NCBI GenBank assembly: GCA_051294905.1 | Contig: CM119374.1 | Location: 21,638,001 to 21,702,000, forward strand | Source: Botryllus schlosseri | Lineage: Eukaryota | Reading direction: 5' to 3' | Length of the DNA stretch: 64,000 nucleotides | Shown here: positions 25,855 to 39,400 of the stretch, in pieces | Layout: each line of letters starts with the position of its first letter | Position numbering within the stretch: position 1 is the stretch's first letter | The notes under the pieces: generated by a model | The model's database searches: none | What the model was told of the DNA's origin: nothing | The model's input: only the letters and a program-made list of their open reading frames with translations | Position numbers and translations under genes: made by a program

Positions 25855-28659
25855 ATAGTAGCCTAACTTAAATATATTGTGGAGATTGATATTCCTGTAC
25901 CCAATGCTTGAAAATTGTGATGAACACTATTGGTATCAATAACTCACTTTATTACTATGCAGGAGACTACATGTCTACACCAGAATTGATTGTACAAATT
26001 CTAATGGGTAACCTGAACCTCTCCGGCAAGAATTCGACTCCAACCGGAGTTCATAGATTGCATCAGTTGCGTCTTGCGTCATAACGTTAAACAGCTGCGA
26101 TACTTCAAAATAAGTCGGCCTACTCCGCGATTTCAATGTGAAACTGCACTCCATCTTCCTATTTTCGCGAGACTTACGCTGCTATATGCAGCAACGAGGG
26201 CATTTAGAATGGAATGTACTATTAGAATTCCATCTCACGTGATTCGTTACATAATTGAGTGCATGCTTTGGTACGTTAGCAAACAGATATGGTACAACGT
26301 GACGTGACTGCGCCGATATAGGTATGTCCTAAAGATCAATCGATTTCACATAAAAATTGGAAATCTTCCGGTTTCGAAGTGTGAGTTCATTGTTCCGTGA
26401 TGCAACGCACTGTCCCGGCATAGTTGAAGTGACTACCGGAAATGTCATATTGCTTTAATTTAATAAGAGTATAACTTTGATTCCGGCGTGTTTCTGCAAT
26501 GCCAACCAGCACCTGTACTGCGTCTAAGCGTATCGTCAAACAAAATATTATGGTTTACATTACAACGCCATACAGTTAAAAGTAAATCGTACGTTAACCT
26601 GATCAAAATTTCGAATTTAGCGTTGGAAACAGCGTAAGCGAATTTTAGATTCATTTATATCGCTGGTCGGTGGTGTGTTTACTCACTGATACATAGTTGA
26701 AATACAATGTTAAAACGTGAAATGTGAAGAAGAAATTTTATTGTTTGTTGTGTATGGTATTCATGGTGTTCGTTTGCTACAATGATCATTTGCACCAGGC
26801 TGATATTCGTTTATTTTTGATTCCGTAACTGCCGATTTAATAGTTTGAATTCCAAGCATCAAGACGAAAATTAGGTTCAGCTGTTGAAATGCTTATACGA
26901 TTTTCCTGTGTCAACCGTCTGTGGGATACAATGTTCATGTGGTCACGTACTACGTCAAATGAGACTGCGCTACTCGAATTGATGCTGTAAAGTTCCCTAA
27001 CAGACAACTGATTTTTACAAAGTTTTCCGTAAAAATCAGGTTTTGCGTCAGAAAATTATAATTACACTGCGCATAGAGTGTTGACGCTGATAATTCGAAG
27101 ATAATAAGCATACCAATGACCGAGTGCATAGATATCGATTTAAAGTAGTTGAATAAGGAGCTCAGCGCTTTGAGTCAGGAGGCTTGTATATGGCATGCAA
27201 GTGCAACTACAAAATCAATTCAAACTGAACTTTGCGTCAAAACAGACCAGGCTAATATTGCCAGATATGCCGGAACACGTTAGGCAAACACTTACAAAAC
27301 ATATGTCGATGTAAAGATCGATCCAAGTTCCGACGGCAACCTAACTGCTAAATCAATGCGACAATTCGCGATAAATTTAACGTGTTACATTTCAATGCAC
27401 CTTGAAAGCTCTAGGAATTAGAAACGCGGTTGAAATATATTGTTGCGTGGATGTATACAGGACGCACCGTACTTTATGCGTGAGTGGTATATATCTGTTC
27501 ACGTGAGAACTATCGGTGCTAAATATAGGTAAAGCATCACTAACTATTTTGGGGCATCGATGCACCACTTACAGACACGCATTTTGTTTTATTTGGATGT
27601 TGTCACGTATATACTTTTGACCATCTCGATCAAGTTACAAGATGTGTCGCGAATGTTTTCAAAGTTGAATGAAAGCTATCTTAATACTCTCTCATGATCA
27701 TTTTAAAGGCACTTCCCATCCTCTTACATCACAAACATGGCTTATGCAATATACAGCGTGTCCGCATGTATTTTGAACGATTCGGAAGTCCAAATCCGAT
27801 TTATGACGATCCGGCTTGTTTGCCGTGAAGCAACACGTTTCACTAACCGAAGAATGCTAGCTTTGCTGTAACGACACGTAATAATCCATCGTGTGTGATG
27901 TAACACGCGGTACTTTGTTTCCAACTGCATTCCCTGCACTTGCACAGAACCACAATTCCAATAACAATCTACGAGCGTTTAATCTTGTTTTAGGCATTCC
28001 GTATAGTCGATTTCGGCGGTGCAAAAACAACAAGTCTGCACGTGGCATGCGGAGACCGTCTGCAAAACGTAACGCGCGATGTATGACGGATTACTGATCA
28101 CGTCAACGTGAAAAAATGCATTTTTCATTTATGATGAGTATGCACCTGGTCCACATTGCATAGATCGGCAATTGAGCACGAATTTGGACTTGGATTTCAA
28201 AAAACACTGATTCGGAAATCTTTCTCAGAGTTGTATCATTGTATGCGGACTTGGATGCGGCATTTTCAATTTTGAAGTGTCACTTGAATATATGCCAGTG
28301 ACACGCATATTTGGACCAGAAGTGAGACATGAATTAATATAAATTTTTGTTAACAACGTTAACTTCGCTCATTCGTGTTATCATGTCATATCATGTCCAA
28401 ATGCAGGTTCAAATCTGTGATATTTTCGATATTTCCTAGTCCAAACTCGAATCTAGCCTCAAAACATCCTCAATCCGAACCCGATCCAAAACCAACCCAA
28501 TTCTTCAAATCCGTTTTTCGAAAATTCGAATCCAGACCGCCCTCATCTCTGATTAAAATTTGAAAGAAAACTCAGTAAAGGTATGTGGTTGTGCTTTCTA
28601 TGACTTACTGGCATCTCGCAGAAATCGTAAGTGCGTAATTAATGGTTGTCCGTGTAAAT

Positions 28660-30498
28660 CAGTGGTTCCCAACCGCGGCCCTGAGGGCCGCATGCGGCCC
28701 CCAGCTAGCCTTTCTGCGGCCCCCACAAAATATTGAGAACTAGATCTATGAAAAAATATATATATTTATAAAATACTCCTGTTTGGCTTGGAGTCTGGAG
28801 TTTTCAAATAGGATTGCAGGAAAGTTGTGAGCAGACTGATAGGATTACGTCACTGCTGTTTCAATGCAATGTGCCCTAACTTTCCAGTTGAACGAGCAGT
28901 ACCTATAGATATAGGTATAGATATAGGTAATATAGGTATAGATATAGGTATTGACAGGACCGTAGCTGCCGCACCCCAAGTCCCCAATTGGGTGGAACGA
29001 GCTCGAAGGGGGTCCAGAATTATTTAATGAATTAGCATGAATTATGAAGTATTTTATAAAATTTTATGCAACTTTTTCAAAATATTTTCGCGCTGCGCGC
29101 GATTTCAAGTGTCCAAGTGCCTTCATTATTGGATACTCTTCCACCAAGATAGAATACGCAAAATTTATAGAAGTGGGCATATCGGCGTGTACATGTAGGG
29201 ATAATTGACCATAGGCGCCTAAATGACCGGCGCGGAATATTCCTGTCTTGGCAATCTGAACCTCACGAGACAAACAGGCGCATGGAAGAATTATTTGCCA
29301 GTGAAGAAATCGTGTGCATCTTTTAGTTTAGTACGTTTGGGCGATTCTATATTTTTTGACGTAGCAGACTGGAGGTCACGAAATAACATCATATAACGAA
29401 GTCATACCAGCGGGTCCGCCCGTCCGAATATGTTTAATTATTATTTAGGGGCCCTACATTTTCCAAGACACCACACTCAGCTCTACCGGTAAATCTAATT
29501 ACGTGAGCAGAGCGGACAAGTAATTGATAGCAATATATATGCAATTCCCAATCTTATTGACGTATTTTATTTTGAATTATCGAAAATTTTCGCGCTCAAC
29601 GCTGGCTCAATAAACGGTGATCGTGATTTCGTGGCAGAAGCGAACAACGGGACGGGTGGGTCGGTTTATCACCCTATGGGAGCTCAAGACCTAAGTATTT
29701 TGAGGGACATGACAAAGTGCTGTTTCGTTCCTGCCAACTGGTATAAGCCCGAATAGGTATAATTATCATTGAGTGGTCCTACCTTTTCAAACACAACTCA
29801 CGCGGCTCAACCGGTCAATCTGATTACGTGATGAGAGAGGATAAAAATTGATACCAATATATTTTCAATTCCCGATTATATTCATATGACCGATTCAATC
29901 ATGAATTATAGAAATTCTTCGCGCTGCACGCAATTAGTCGAGAGAAGCCGCCTAAAACGGACACCCGATTTATATGATAAATAGCGGTAAACAGCCATCT
30001 AGCCTGAGGGGCCAAGAGCAACGTTTAGGGTGGGGGGGGGGCTGACGAAGTGCTGTTACGGCCCTGGGTATTGATAACTTATTAACGAATAGATGTGCAA
30101 CAAGTGACTCACGATGAAATACTCCGAGATGCGTACTGCTTAGCCGGCAAAAACAGCATAATTGTTAGTCCTATAGCTCGCGACCCAAGCGTCCGAATAA
30201 TTTGTTATGACGGTGTTTATCGAAAGGAGGTGTCGGACTGATTCCTAAAATACGAATTGAAATCTCGCCAGGGCAATAAAACTACTCCGAAATAGCCAGC
30301 AAAGGTTGATTGTTCTGAACAACGGGAGCGCGGCAACACAATGGCCAATAGCGTCAAGCGAATGATTGCAACAATGCGAATTTTCATATTTTGGCGACTA
30401 TTTAGGGTTCTTTTCATTGACCTGGTATTCGTGCGGCCCCCACCGTACCATGAAATTCTAAATTTAGCCCTGCCACCGAAAAAGGTTGGGAACCACTG
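28660..30498. mobile_element. Non-autonomous Buster-type hAT MITE with TIRs matching the autonomous element
   Basis: TIR CAGTGGTTCCCAACC / GGTTGGGAACCACTG; perfect TSD GTGTAAAT; contains the nested family-1 copy. Confidence 0.92.
28955..30066 (-). mobile_element. hAT MITE family 1, nested in the 28660-30498 MITE
   Basis: Perfect TSD GGTATTGA; ends CAGGACCGTAGC and GTTACGGCCCTG. Confidence 0.92.
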
Positions 30499-31535
30499 GT
30501 GTAAATGAACTGCGCTGTCTAGCTACTTAAACAGTGTTAACCACAACACACCACCATATTACGAATCTACAACTATGTGGAGGGTTTATTTGGTCATTCA
30601 ATGTCATGCCACATCAGTACAGGGCTATTTACGATCTTTCTAGTCCTACGGCTGAGGAGCTTAAACAATATTTGTTGCACTAAAGTAAAGAATTAGTGCC
30701 TTTCCAGTTCTATATCCTTGGACGATTCTTGGAAATGCGACATGGCACAGACTTCTAAATAGACCTAAGCATCGCACCGATTGGCATTTCGTACGCAGAG
30801 CCTTTCAATGACGCGACACACCAATTCATTCATAGAATTGCCGCCACACATAGTGCGCGATCGGTAATTAAGATATCCCAATCATCAGAAATCATTTACT
30901 AAGGAGTGTGGCGTCATACTATCTAAAATAGATAAGTTGAGGATTGGAAAGATGGCGTTATCCATGGAATGGGACTGGGTCGTATTGATCGTTTTAGTTT
31001 AACTTAGAGGTAGCGGAATCCAGTATTATTTGTCTTTATACGTAACTATCTTAAAAGTATGTTATTAGGGTCAAAGAAAACATATATATCACGTATACTG
31101 CTAGAGTTGGTCGAAGTAATCATCGTTGCCACTGCAGTAGAAGTAGGAGCAACGGCGTAAATTTATACTGCAGTACAAGTAGAAGTAGCGATTTCTAAGT
31201 AAGTAGAAGTAGAAGTAGTATAAAATCACAACCTCTTGAGGGAGTAGCGCAAGTGGGAAAACATAATTGGGTAATTTGAAAAAGCAGAAGTATTTATTTA
31301 CAGACCATCTCTGCTCACCGCAGATGAGGGAGATTTATAGAGAGTAATTCAACATACAATTGAACAATATATTTTATTTTGAGAGGAATCCGAGCATTTA
31401 CGATATGCAGTCATCCGGGGAAATCGTCTGCAACCGGCGTATACAAAAACATCTTTGATGGGATTCAGCCGAAAATATTCGGCGTCATTGCATCTATCTA
31501 TCTATATGTTGAATAGTATATTCATATTGAAATGA

Positions 31536-31579
31536 ACCCGAATATTTTCGGCTGACACTCGTCAGGGGTAATCGTCAGC
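31536..31579 (-). ncRNA. Minimal type I hammerhead ribozyme motif (Penelope-like element type)
   Basis: Minus strand: GCTGAC gatt ACCC CTGACGA G TGTCAGC C GAA AATATT C GGGT. Core intact; stem I ACCC/GGGT; palindromic stem III AATATT; UUC cleavage triplet; loop II GTCAGC complementary to the upstream GCTGAC. Confidence 0.7.
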
Positions 31580-32301
31580 AACTAGTAGAGAATAAGAAAG
31601 AACATTTGTATATCAACAATCCTATCACAAAATATGACGTCACCAGCATGAAACTTCGAATGAAAGAGCGTTCAGTGCACTATTCCCAGGTGCCGATTTT
31701 CAGACTTTGAAGGCTATTTCGAAGGGGTTCCATTGTCTCGATGAAATTTTATTGTATATTTTCAGAATCAGCGCGGCAGTAGCTTTCAAATAAGATCAAC
31801 CTTACTTAATTTGAGCGCCCAGGTCGTCAGCTATGGGATTAGCAATTATGTTGCGTTCAAATTGCTGAGCAGTCATCGCATCCGGGCAAGCAAGCGTGAC
31901 GACCGGTGTTGCGTATCTATCCGTAGGTTCATCATCTATAATGGCACACGAGCTCCTTTCGTAGACAAAGCTTGGGCTGATGTATTTTGGTAAAGGCCGA
32001 CTCCAAGGAACACATATGAAAGTGTGAGCGGCCCCTCCCGAGGACGCGAAATCTGTCTCTGCTGTGAGTTTCAATGAAACCGGAGTAATGTTGTTTCCAG
32101 GTACTACCCTACTAATTACCCAACACACTGACAGGATCCCACCTAATATAATTCATTGAATTTACTATATTGATATGGCGACCGACATGCTATTTGCAGC
32201 CTCCGAGCGTATTCTCGCCTGTTGCCTATTTGGGAATTTCGGGATACTCGTGTTGGGGTATATAGCATGACGCCAAACCAATCATAACCCATGCCGTACA
32301 G

Positions 32302-34037
32302 CAGGGGTCGGCAACCTTTTGCTAGTCACGGGCCAGACATCGATTGTACAACTCTTTGGCGGGCCGGAAATTTCATTTTTACTATAATTCACACTCACTT
32401 TAGTGGGATCGCCAACTTAAAATAGTCTAGGGTCACTTTCCCAACTTGATAGACGCCGCGGGCCGCACGATTTTAATGTCAACACCTAATATTTGGCATC
32501 TGATGAGCTGTTAGCCAAGGTGAAAAGGCATCATACCAATGTAACGCGTTGCTGTCTACACGTGTTGTAAAATTATTGGTAAAAAGAATTGCTGCGTTAC
32601 CTTAATACGACAGTATGGATTATACGTATTGAAAGGAAAGGACGTAGTCGGACGTAGTAGGACGTAATCCATTTTTTTCGTTGATTTTTTGCGGCATATA
32701 CGTCATCTCATGATATAGGCCTACATACACGCGATCTGCATGTGCAATGTGCATATACTGCATACGCATACCATCAGTGCGTGGATGTGCATATGCCGCT
32801 CGACAAGGAAGGTGGATTTCCAAGTCTTGCATCACCTCTCTATGCTATCCCAGTAATGCATGAGCGACAAGCGGGGAATACATGGATACCAGCGTTACTA
32901 ATCAGGTCTTTGATCTGACCCGGCCAGTAATCGAATCCACGACCTACCGATCAAGAAGCCGGACGCTTCACTTTTACGCTATCTTGACGGTATTTAACAT
33001 AGCATGATGTATATTATGTGGAAGTTAATATTTGCATAAGACGGTTGCACGACAATTGAGCTAAATTTGAACTTGATCTGGAGGGTCCGCGGGGGTGCGT
33101 GATGGTTTAAAAGGGTTCTGTGAAGACAAAAAGGTTGGGAATCACCAACATAAAGGATCTACCTTACACTCGCGACTGCCAGAGCATCTCCAAGTGGTCT
33201 TGACACCAGCAAATCAACGACCTATCAGCATCCAGTCGCAGAAAAAGCGCGACCAGCTATCGAGTGCGGGGTATACTACAGAATATACATCATGCTATTT
33301 AGAGGTTTAGAGGTTTTTCGGGCCCCCTGAAAGTGCTTCGCGGACCCCCGGTTGATAACCACTGCATTGTGTTGACCATGGCTATCTAATTGCTAGTAAG
33401 GGCATGGTGGGCGCGAGGTGGATTCAGTTTCATTGGCCTGTCGTATTTTGCAAGCACGCTATATGTATAGTCAAAGTCATTTTTAGTGAAAAATGGTGAT
33501 ATTGAAAACGACGGAATAAATCTTTGCGGAAACGATCAAGAATTTTAAAATGTAGTATTTCAAGCATTTAAAAATACAATATTGATATATATGTTCCGAA
33601 ATCTGAAACCAGGTCGCGTGCCGCAAAACACACCTGGCGGCGTGTTGGTGACCCCTGGTCTAATGTAATGCGGTGCATCGTATATAGTGGTACGCCCTAT
33701 AAAAATTAAGTCACAATTTCGGGTGTACGATACATCCGGATGAGGAGAACTTTTCTAGTCTACGAGTTTACTCTGCAGACAATCTCGTAATTACTTGGTT
33801 CGAGATACTATAATCTACCGCCTTCGAGACAGTTTTGTGGCGTAACAATGGACTATTATGGTGTTTTGATATAGTAGAAATACCACACTATTTCCAAACA
33901 GTGCCAACACTGCAGTTTGGAACTCGACAGGAAACAGCGGGCCGCCTTCTCTTGATAACTAATTATCATGTCGCTGGCCGGACGATTTCGCTTGACGGGC
34001 CGGATCCGGCCGGCTGGCCGTTGGTTGCCGACCCTTG
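32302..34037. mobile_element. Composite hAT MITE (CAGGGGTCGGCAACC ends) containing further MITE ends
   Basis: TIR CAGGGGTCGGCAACC / GGTTGCCGACCCTTG; TSD CCGTACAG/CCCTACAG; orphan right ends near 33140, 33365 and 33655. Confidence 0.7.
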
Positions 34038-34284
34038 CCCTACAGTAAACGATCGCAGTAATATCGATCCTGTGTTGGCGTATATCCACTCTTAATTTTA
34101 TCATTGTTACTGGCTACAGAGGATGGACCCAATGCTCAATATTAATGTATTTCCCTATTCCTGATGAATTGTCCCATTTTTGTATCGCGCGTTTTGGTTG
34201 TGACCATTGCTCTGCTGGGTAGTAACCTACCTTTATATAGTCATGGGTCGATTGGTCATGGACGCAGCAACCATTCACATCCAT

Positions 34285-35850
34285 GAGGTTGCGGCGAGAT
34301 AGCGCAGTGGTATAATCCGCGGCTGCAACGCCTATGGGTTACGGGTTCGAGTCCGACCAAGGTCGACTTCAGAATGCCCATACCTAAGTGTTCGAGGTTT
34401 ATCTAGGCTCCGCCTCGCAACCTAGAAGTTGGCTGTGCTGTGCTGTAAGCAGGGCCGTAACAGCACTTCGTCAGGCCCCCCAAAAAACGTTGGTCTTGGG
34501 CCCCCCATAGGGTGATAAACCTAACTTCTGGGGGGCTGCGCCCCCCAGACCCCCAGGCTTTACCCTGTTTATGGCTACTTATCATCTACATTGGGGGGTG
34601 TTGGGTGAGTCATCTTTTCTCACCTAAGCGCGCGAAGCGCGAAAAATTTCTAGAATTCTTGATTGAATCGGCCAGTATGATCGGGAATTGCATATATATT
34701 GTTCTCAATTTTTATCTTATCTCCGATCACGTAATCAGATTTGCTGGTAGAGCTGAGTGACGTGTGTTCGAAAAGGTAGGACCACTCAATAATAAGTAGC
34801 CTAAACATCTTCGGGCGTATACCCGTTGGCAGGAACGAAACAGCACCTCGTCAGGGAACCCAAAAACTTGGGTCTTGGGCTCCCATAGGATGATAGAACG
34901 ACCCCCCCCCCCAGTCACGTTGTTCGCGTTTGTCACGCAATGAGCTGTACTGTATAGCGAGCCAGCGCGAAGCGCGAAAATGTTCGGTTATTTATGATAA
35001 AATCGGTCAATCAGATCGGCAATTGCATATATATTGCTATCACTTTGGCCTCTCTACTCACGTAATTAAATTTACCGGTAGAGCTGAGTGAAGTGTCTTG
35101 AAGACGGGAGGGCCCGTAAATAATAATTAAACATCTTCGGGCGGGCGGACCCGTTGATATGACTTCGTTACATGATGTTATTTCGTGACTTCCAGTCTGC
35201 TAGATCAAAAAATATAGAATCACATGAACGTACTAAACTGAAAGACGCACACGATTTCAAATTGGTATTTCTTCACTGGCGTAAAATTTTTCTCAGCGGG
35301 ATGGTATTTGTCTGGTGAGGTTCAGATTGCGAAGACGGGAACATTCGGCACCAGTCATTTAGGCGCCTATGGACAATTAAATCTATATGTATTTGTATAT
35401 ATAACGAAGTCTTCGGTCAGCATAACGGCACAGTCCTTTTCGGCAAAGGTTTTCTCGCTGCCGATCGTTTTGGCACATTTCTTGGAGTCTCATGTTATAT
35501 GGCTTGAAACTTGATTGTATGTCTTGGTGGGTCGTGGCGCGGTAATGGCCCAATACCCAATAATAAAGAGAAATGGCTTCTTGAATTCGCGCGCAGCGCG
35601 AAAAATGTTTTGAAAAAATTGCATTAATTTAAAAAAAAAACTCTATGATTTATGCTAATTCACGAAATAATTTTGGGCCCCCTTCGAGCTCGCCCCCCCC
35701 CCCCCAATTGGGGGGTTTGGGGTGCGGCAGTTACGGTGCTGGCTGTAAGTCCGGCAGTTACGGAATAAAAATGTCGAATATCGACCTGGTGTAAATGACC
35801 ATAGCATAGTCGTCAAAACACTATGAATACCTCCAGACCAACCAACCAAC
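34285..35850 (+). mobile_element. tRNA-derived SINE, split by the family-1 MITE
   Basis: A box TAGCGCAGTGG at 34300-34310; B box GGTTCGAGTCC at 34344-34354; the body resumes at 35750 and ends in a (CAAC)n tail. Confidence 0.8.
34450..35741 (+). mobile_element. hAT MITE family 1, inserted in a SINE
   Basis: Perfect TSD GCTGTAAG; same termini and body as 2052-3310. Confidence 0.92.
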
Positions 35851-36404
35851 CATGCATGAGGTTCAGTTCAAATGTCAAATCGAACAATTCGACGATATTC
35901 CGTGGTGTTTGAACAAGATAGTATTCGATATGTAATGAAAGTGTCACATGACAGCTATTTCCGATATGTCTGATGAAAAATTGAATGCCCATTATGACGC
36001 GTAAGCCTATCGCAGCTCTATTGCTATACGATCACAAGGCTGGCGTATACGAGGAAAATTACAACTATTGTGAAAATGAGATTAATATTTCACATTAGGC
36101 TACATTTGAATCCGGATATATCGCGTATTGATCGCGGTATCATAAATATATACGTACATTTATTTTACATTAGATATTTCGGTGTGGATTTAGCTATGTC
36201 TTTGGTAGTTCGGGATATAGTAATAACTCGATATCACTCTCTCGTTAGTTCTTCCTGCAACAGAGCAACTTTGGCTGGAGAGATATCACATGAGTAATTT
36301 TCCAGTGTCACGCCGAAGGTTATTTTTGCAACGTACCGACTCCCATGCATTAACGCATGACTAATGCGTATCATAAATACGTAGCTTTGTGGATTTCTGC
36401 TAAG

Positions 36405-36440
36405 AAAAAGGTTTCAGGAAGTACACGCGCATATATATCG
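36405..36440 (+). promoter_or_regulatory. Putative displaced core promoter of copy D
   Basis: agaaaaagg...gtacacgcgc-ATATATAT resembles A1 gtaccgcgcgagaaaaagg...TATATAAA. It would lie ~100 bp from D's ATG if the transposon were removed. Confidence 0.4.
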
Positions 36441-36448
36441 GTCTAGAC

Positions 36449-39400
36449 CAGTGGTTCCCAACCTGGGGGTAAATTACCCCCCGGGGGTAATTTGGCATTT
36501 TTGGGGGGGTAAAAAGGGGTCGGATTTTAAGTAAAAAAATAATTGTTGTATTCATTGTTTTCTTCGTACTTTTGTGAAAAAAAATATAAAAATTCAAAGG
36601 TGACTTTCGTCAGTGGGTGTGCACAGCTTTTCCAAACTTCATAATGGCGCCGTCCTATCATAGCAATTTACAGCGTAGCTGGCATGGAGAGTTCCATCTG
36701 AATACGATCGATGTTGTGGTTTACAGCGACACCTATCGCTAGCGTAATACTTTTTAGCCGTCATTCAGATTTCAGAACAGAGATGTAAACATTAGCCGTA
36801 CTAACGCTGTCTTCCGATACTTGTGGAGATCATTTCAATAGTTGCTAAATTAGGATATATAAAAGCAATGTTTTCTTCTGTGTGATGACTGCATCTATTC
36901 TGCTGAAGCAGATTCCGAGTGTACATTATTCCAACGAGTGGAACCTGCCTGATTTTTTACATTCTGTATATTTATATCCAGTTATTGCAAATACTCCAGA
37001 AAGAACATATTTACAGTGGCCATAATGTGACAACTTGATTGAACAGTGAGCAGTCCGAGCACTTATGTATGAACTACAGACTGACAATATGTGAACCAAG
37101 AATGAGTGCAAATTTTGCTGACCTAACTATAAAAGTTGAAATTCCAACTGCAACTCCATACGCTGACAGATCAGTGACATCATTTTTCCAAAAATAGTCA
37201 AGTAACTTCTTCTACGATGATATGCGGAGGCTTCTGTGTTATACCGTGTATTTATCGACGGTTGTGTAAATGCGCATTGCGCAACGACGTGAACTACCGT
37301 ACTGGTATTGGGATACGCGTTACAGCACGGCTCATCTCCGCTCAGTGGCGTCACAATCATACGAAAAGTTAATCGGCGATTGTCGGCCGGCGACCCCATT
37401 GTGTGAAACAATGACGATTTAAGACTTTGAAGTCAAATTTCAGAGGGTTTCAGTTCCCGGGCCGGATTTCCACTTATGTTTTTGGAATCAGTGCGAAATT
37501 TGCTTTCGATTGATACCAGTTTCATTTACTTTTGTGCTCTGGTCCCAGCTGGAAGATTACCCAGAAACACACTAAAGCAGGTTGAAGCAGCAGCATCTGT
37601 ACGCCACCACTGGAGGCAGTGCAAAACGCAACATTGCTTACGGAGTTTCCATGCCAGCTACGCTGTAAATTGCTATGGTCCTATACTTCTTGAAGTTGTT
37701 TTTTTTCCTCCGTGACTGCTCTCATAGCTCATAGGTCAGTTTATAATTGAGTTTGTTAGAGATTTTATTCTTTGTGTGATAAAAGTTCCTTATTACCACA
37801 TTACTTCACCTTAGCATTTGATGCACTCTAATCATCCGCTTTTTACGCTCCTCAGAAGAACTGTCATTATGCCGGGCAAGAAGCGACATTATGCAGAGGC
37901 GTTTTTGAATCACGGCTTTGTAAACACACCACAACTGAATGGTGACGATCGACCACAGTGTGTCATTTGTCTCAAAGTTTTGACCAACGAAAGCCTAAAG
38001 CCGTCAAAACTGAACGAGCACCTCATGAAGCGTCATCCGCTACTGGCCGGAAAGAGTCGAGGATACTTTGAGGGCAAATCGAAGCAACTTCGAGGCATTC
38101 AATTTGGATCAGGTGGCATGGCTTCGGAGAAGCTAACGGCCGCTGTTGAAGTTTCGTACGAGGTGGCATACCGAATTGCAAAAAGTTCCAAGAACCACAC
38201 AATCGCAGAAGACCTTATTATGCCTTGTACCAAGTTGATCGTTTCCAAAATGTGTGGGGAAGATCAGGCCAAGAAGCTGGAAGGAGTATCAGTCTCGAAC
38301 ACCACAATTCGAAGAAGGGTTGATGATCTTGCAGCTGACATCCTTGCCCAAGTCGTTGCCGAAGTGAAGGCAAGTCCTCACAAAATGTTTTCTCTCCAGT
38401 TCGATGAATCCACGGATGTAAGCAGCTGCGCAGTTTTACTCGGATACGTTCGATACATTCACGAGTACTCTGTCAAGGAGGAATTTTTGCTTGCCAAGAA
38501 CTTGAAGACAACAACGAAAGGAGAAGATATCTTCAACCTTGTGAACGATTTCTTGGGCATGCACGGTTTGGAGTGGAACAATGTGCAGCAAATCTCTGTT
38601 GACGGCTGTCCCGCTATGATGGGTGGAAACCGCGGTTTCAGGGGCTTTGTGCAGCGGGAAAACTCGGACATTCATGTGGATCATTGCGCACTGCACCGCT
38701 ACTCGCTTGCGTCCAAATCTCTGCCGGAGAGCTTGAAAATAGTGTTCGACCAAGCAGTGAAGGTTGTAAACTTCATAAAAGCGAAGGAGTTGAACAGTCG
38801 TCTTTTCAAGGAACTGTGCAAGGAGATGGGGCAAAAATATGAGGCATTACTGTACCACACAGAGGTGCGATGGCTATCTCGTGGCAAAGTGATCACCCGT
38901 TTGTTTGAACTTCGTGAGGCTGTTGAGATTTTCTTGATAGAAAAGAAGTCGGGCTTGGCCGAATACTTTTCAGACCCCCATTGGATTGCCCAGCTTGGCT
39001 ACCTGGCCGATATTTTTGTTGAGTTGAACAAAGGGAATCTGTCAATTCAAGGCAAGTGTGTGACTGTGATCCACTCGAAAGAAGCTGTAGCAGCATTTAT
39101 CGCGAAGATGAAGTTGTGGATTAAGCGGGTCAACAGAGGTGTACTGGCACAGTTTCCAACGCTCGACATGTATCTCGAAGGCCTGGAGACAGAGAATGAA
39201 CCCGACTTCACAGAGGCGTTGAAAGGGAACATAGCTGACCACTTGGGACAGCTAGTCGAGAAAATGGAAGAATATTTTCCGGATTTGGACACCACTAACA
39301 TGGGATGGCTAACTGAACCGTTCAGGTGTCTTGACAGCCAAGTGGACGACGATGACTTTCCCGCCAAGGAGGAATTCATCGCCCTCAGAATGAGTGAGGC

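Noticed and set aside
31802-32128. 108-aa minus-strand ORF with a plausible GTAAG donor, a possible host exon
   Set aside because: No recognisable motif or partner exons. At roughly 5% stops per codon, about ten or more stop-free runs of this length are expected by chance across six frames of 64 kb. RNA-seq or tBLASTn would settle it.
34291-34365. tRNA gene (A and B boxes, GCA-like loop)
   Set aside because: The acceptor stem does not pair and the sequence continues into a repeated SINE body and tail.
35308-35514. Recurrent small ORF MSGEVQIAKTG / MSREVQIAKTG (also 29064-29273)
   Set aside because: Similarity comes from MITE copy identity; the frames diverge after ~25 codons and are not kept across all copies.
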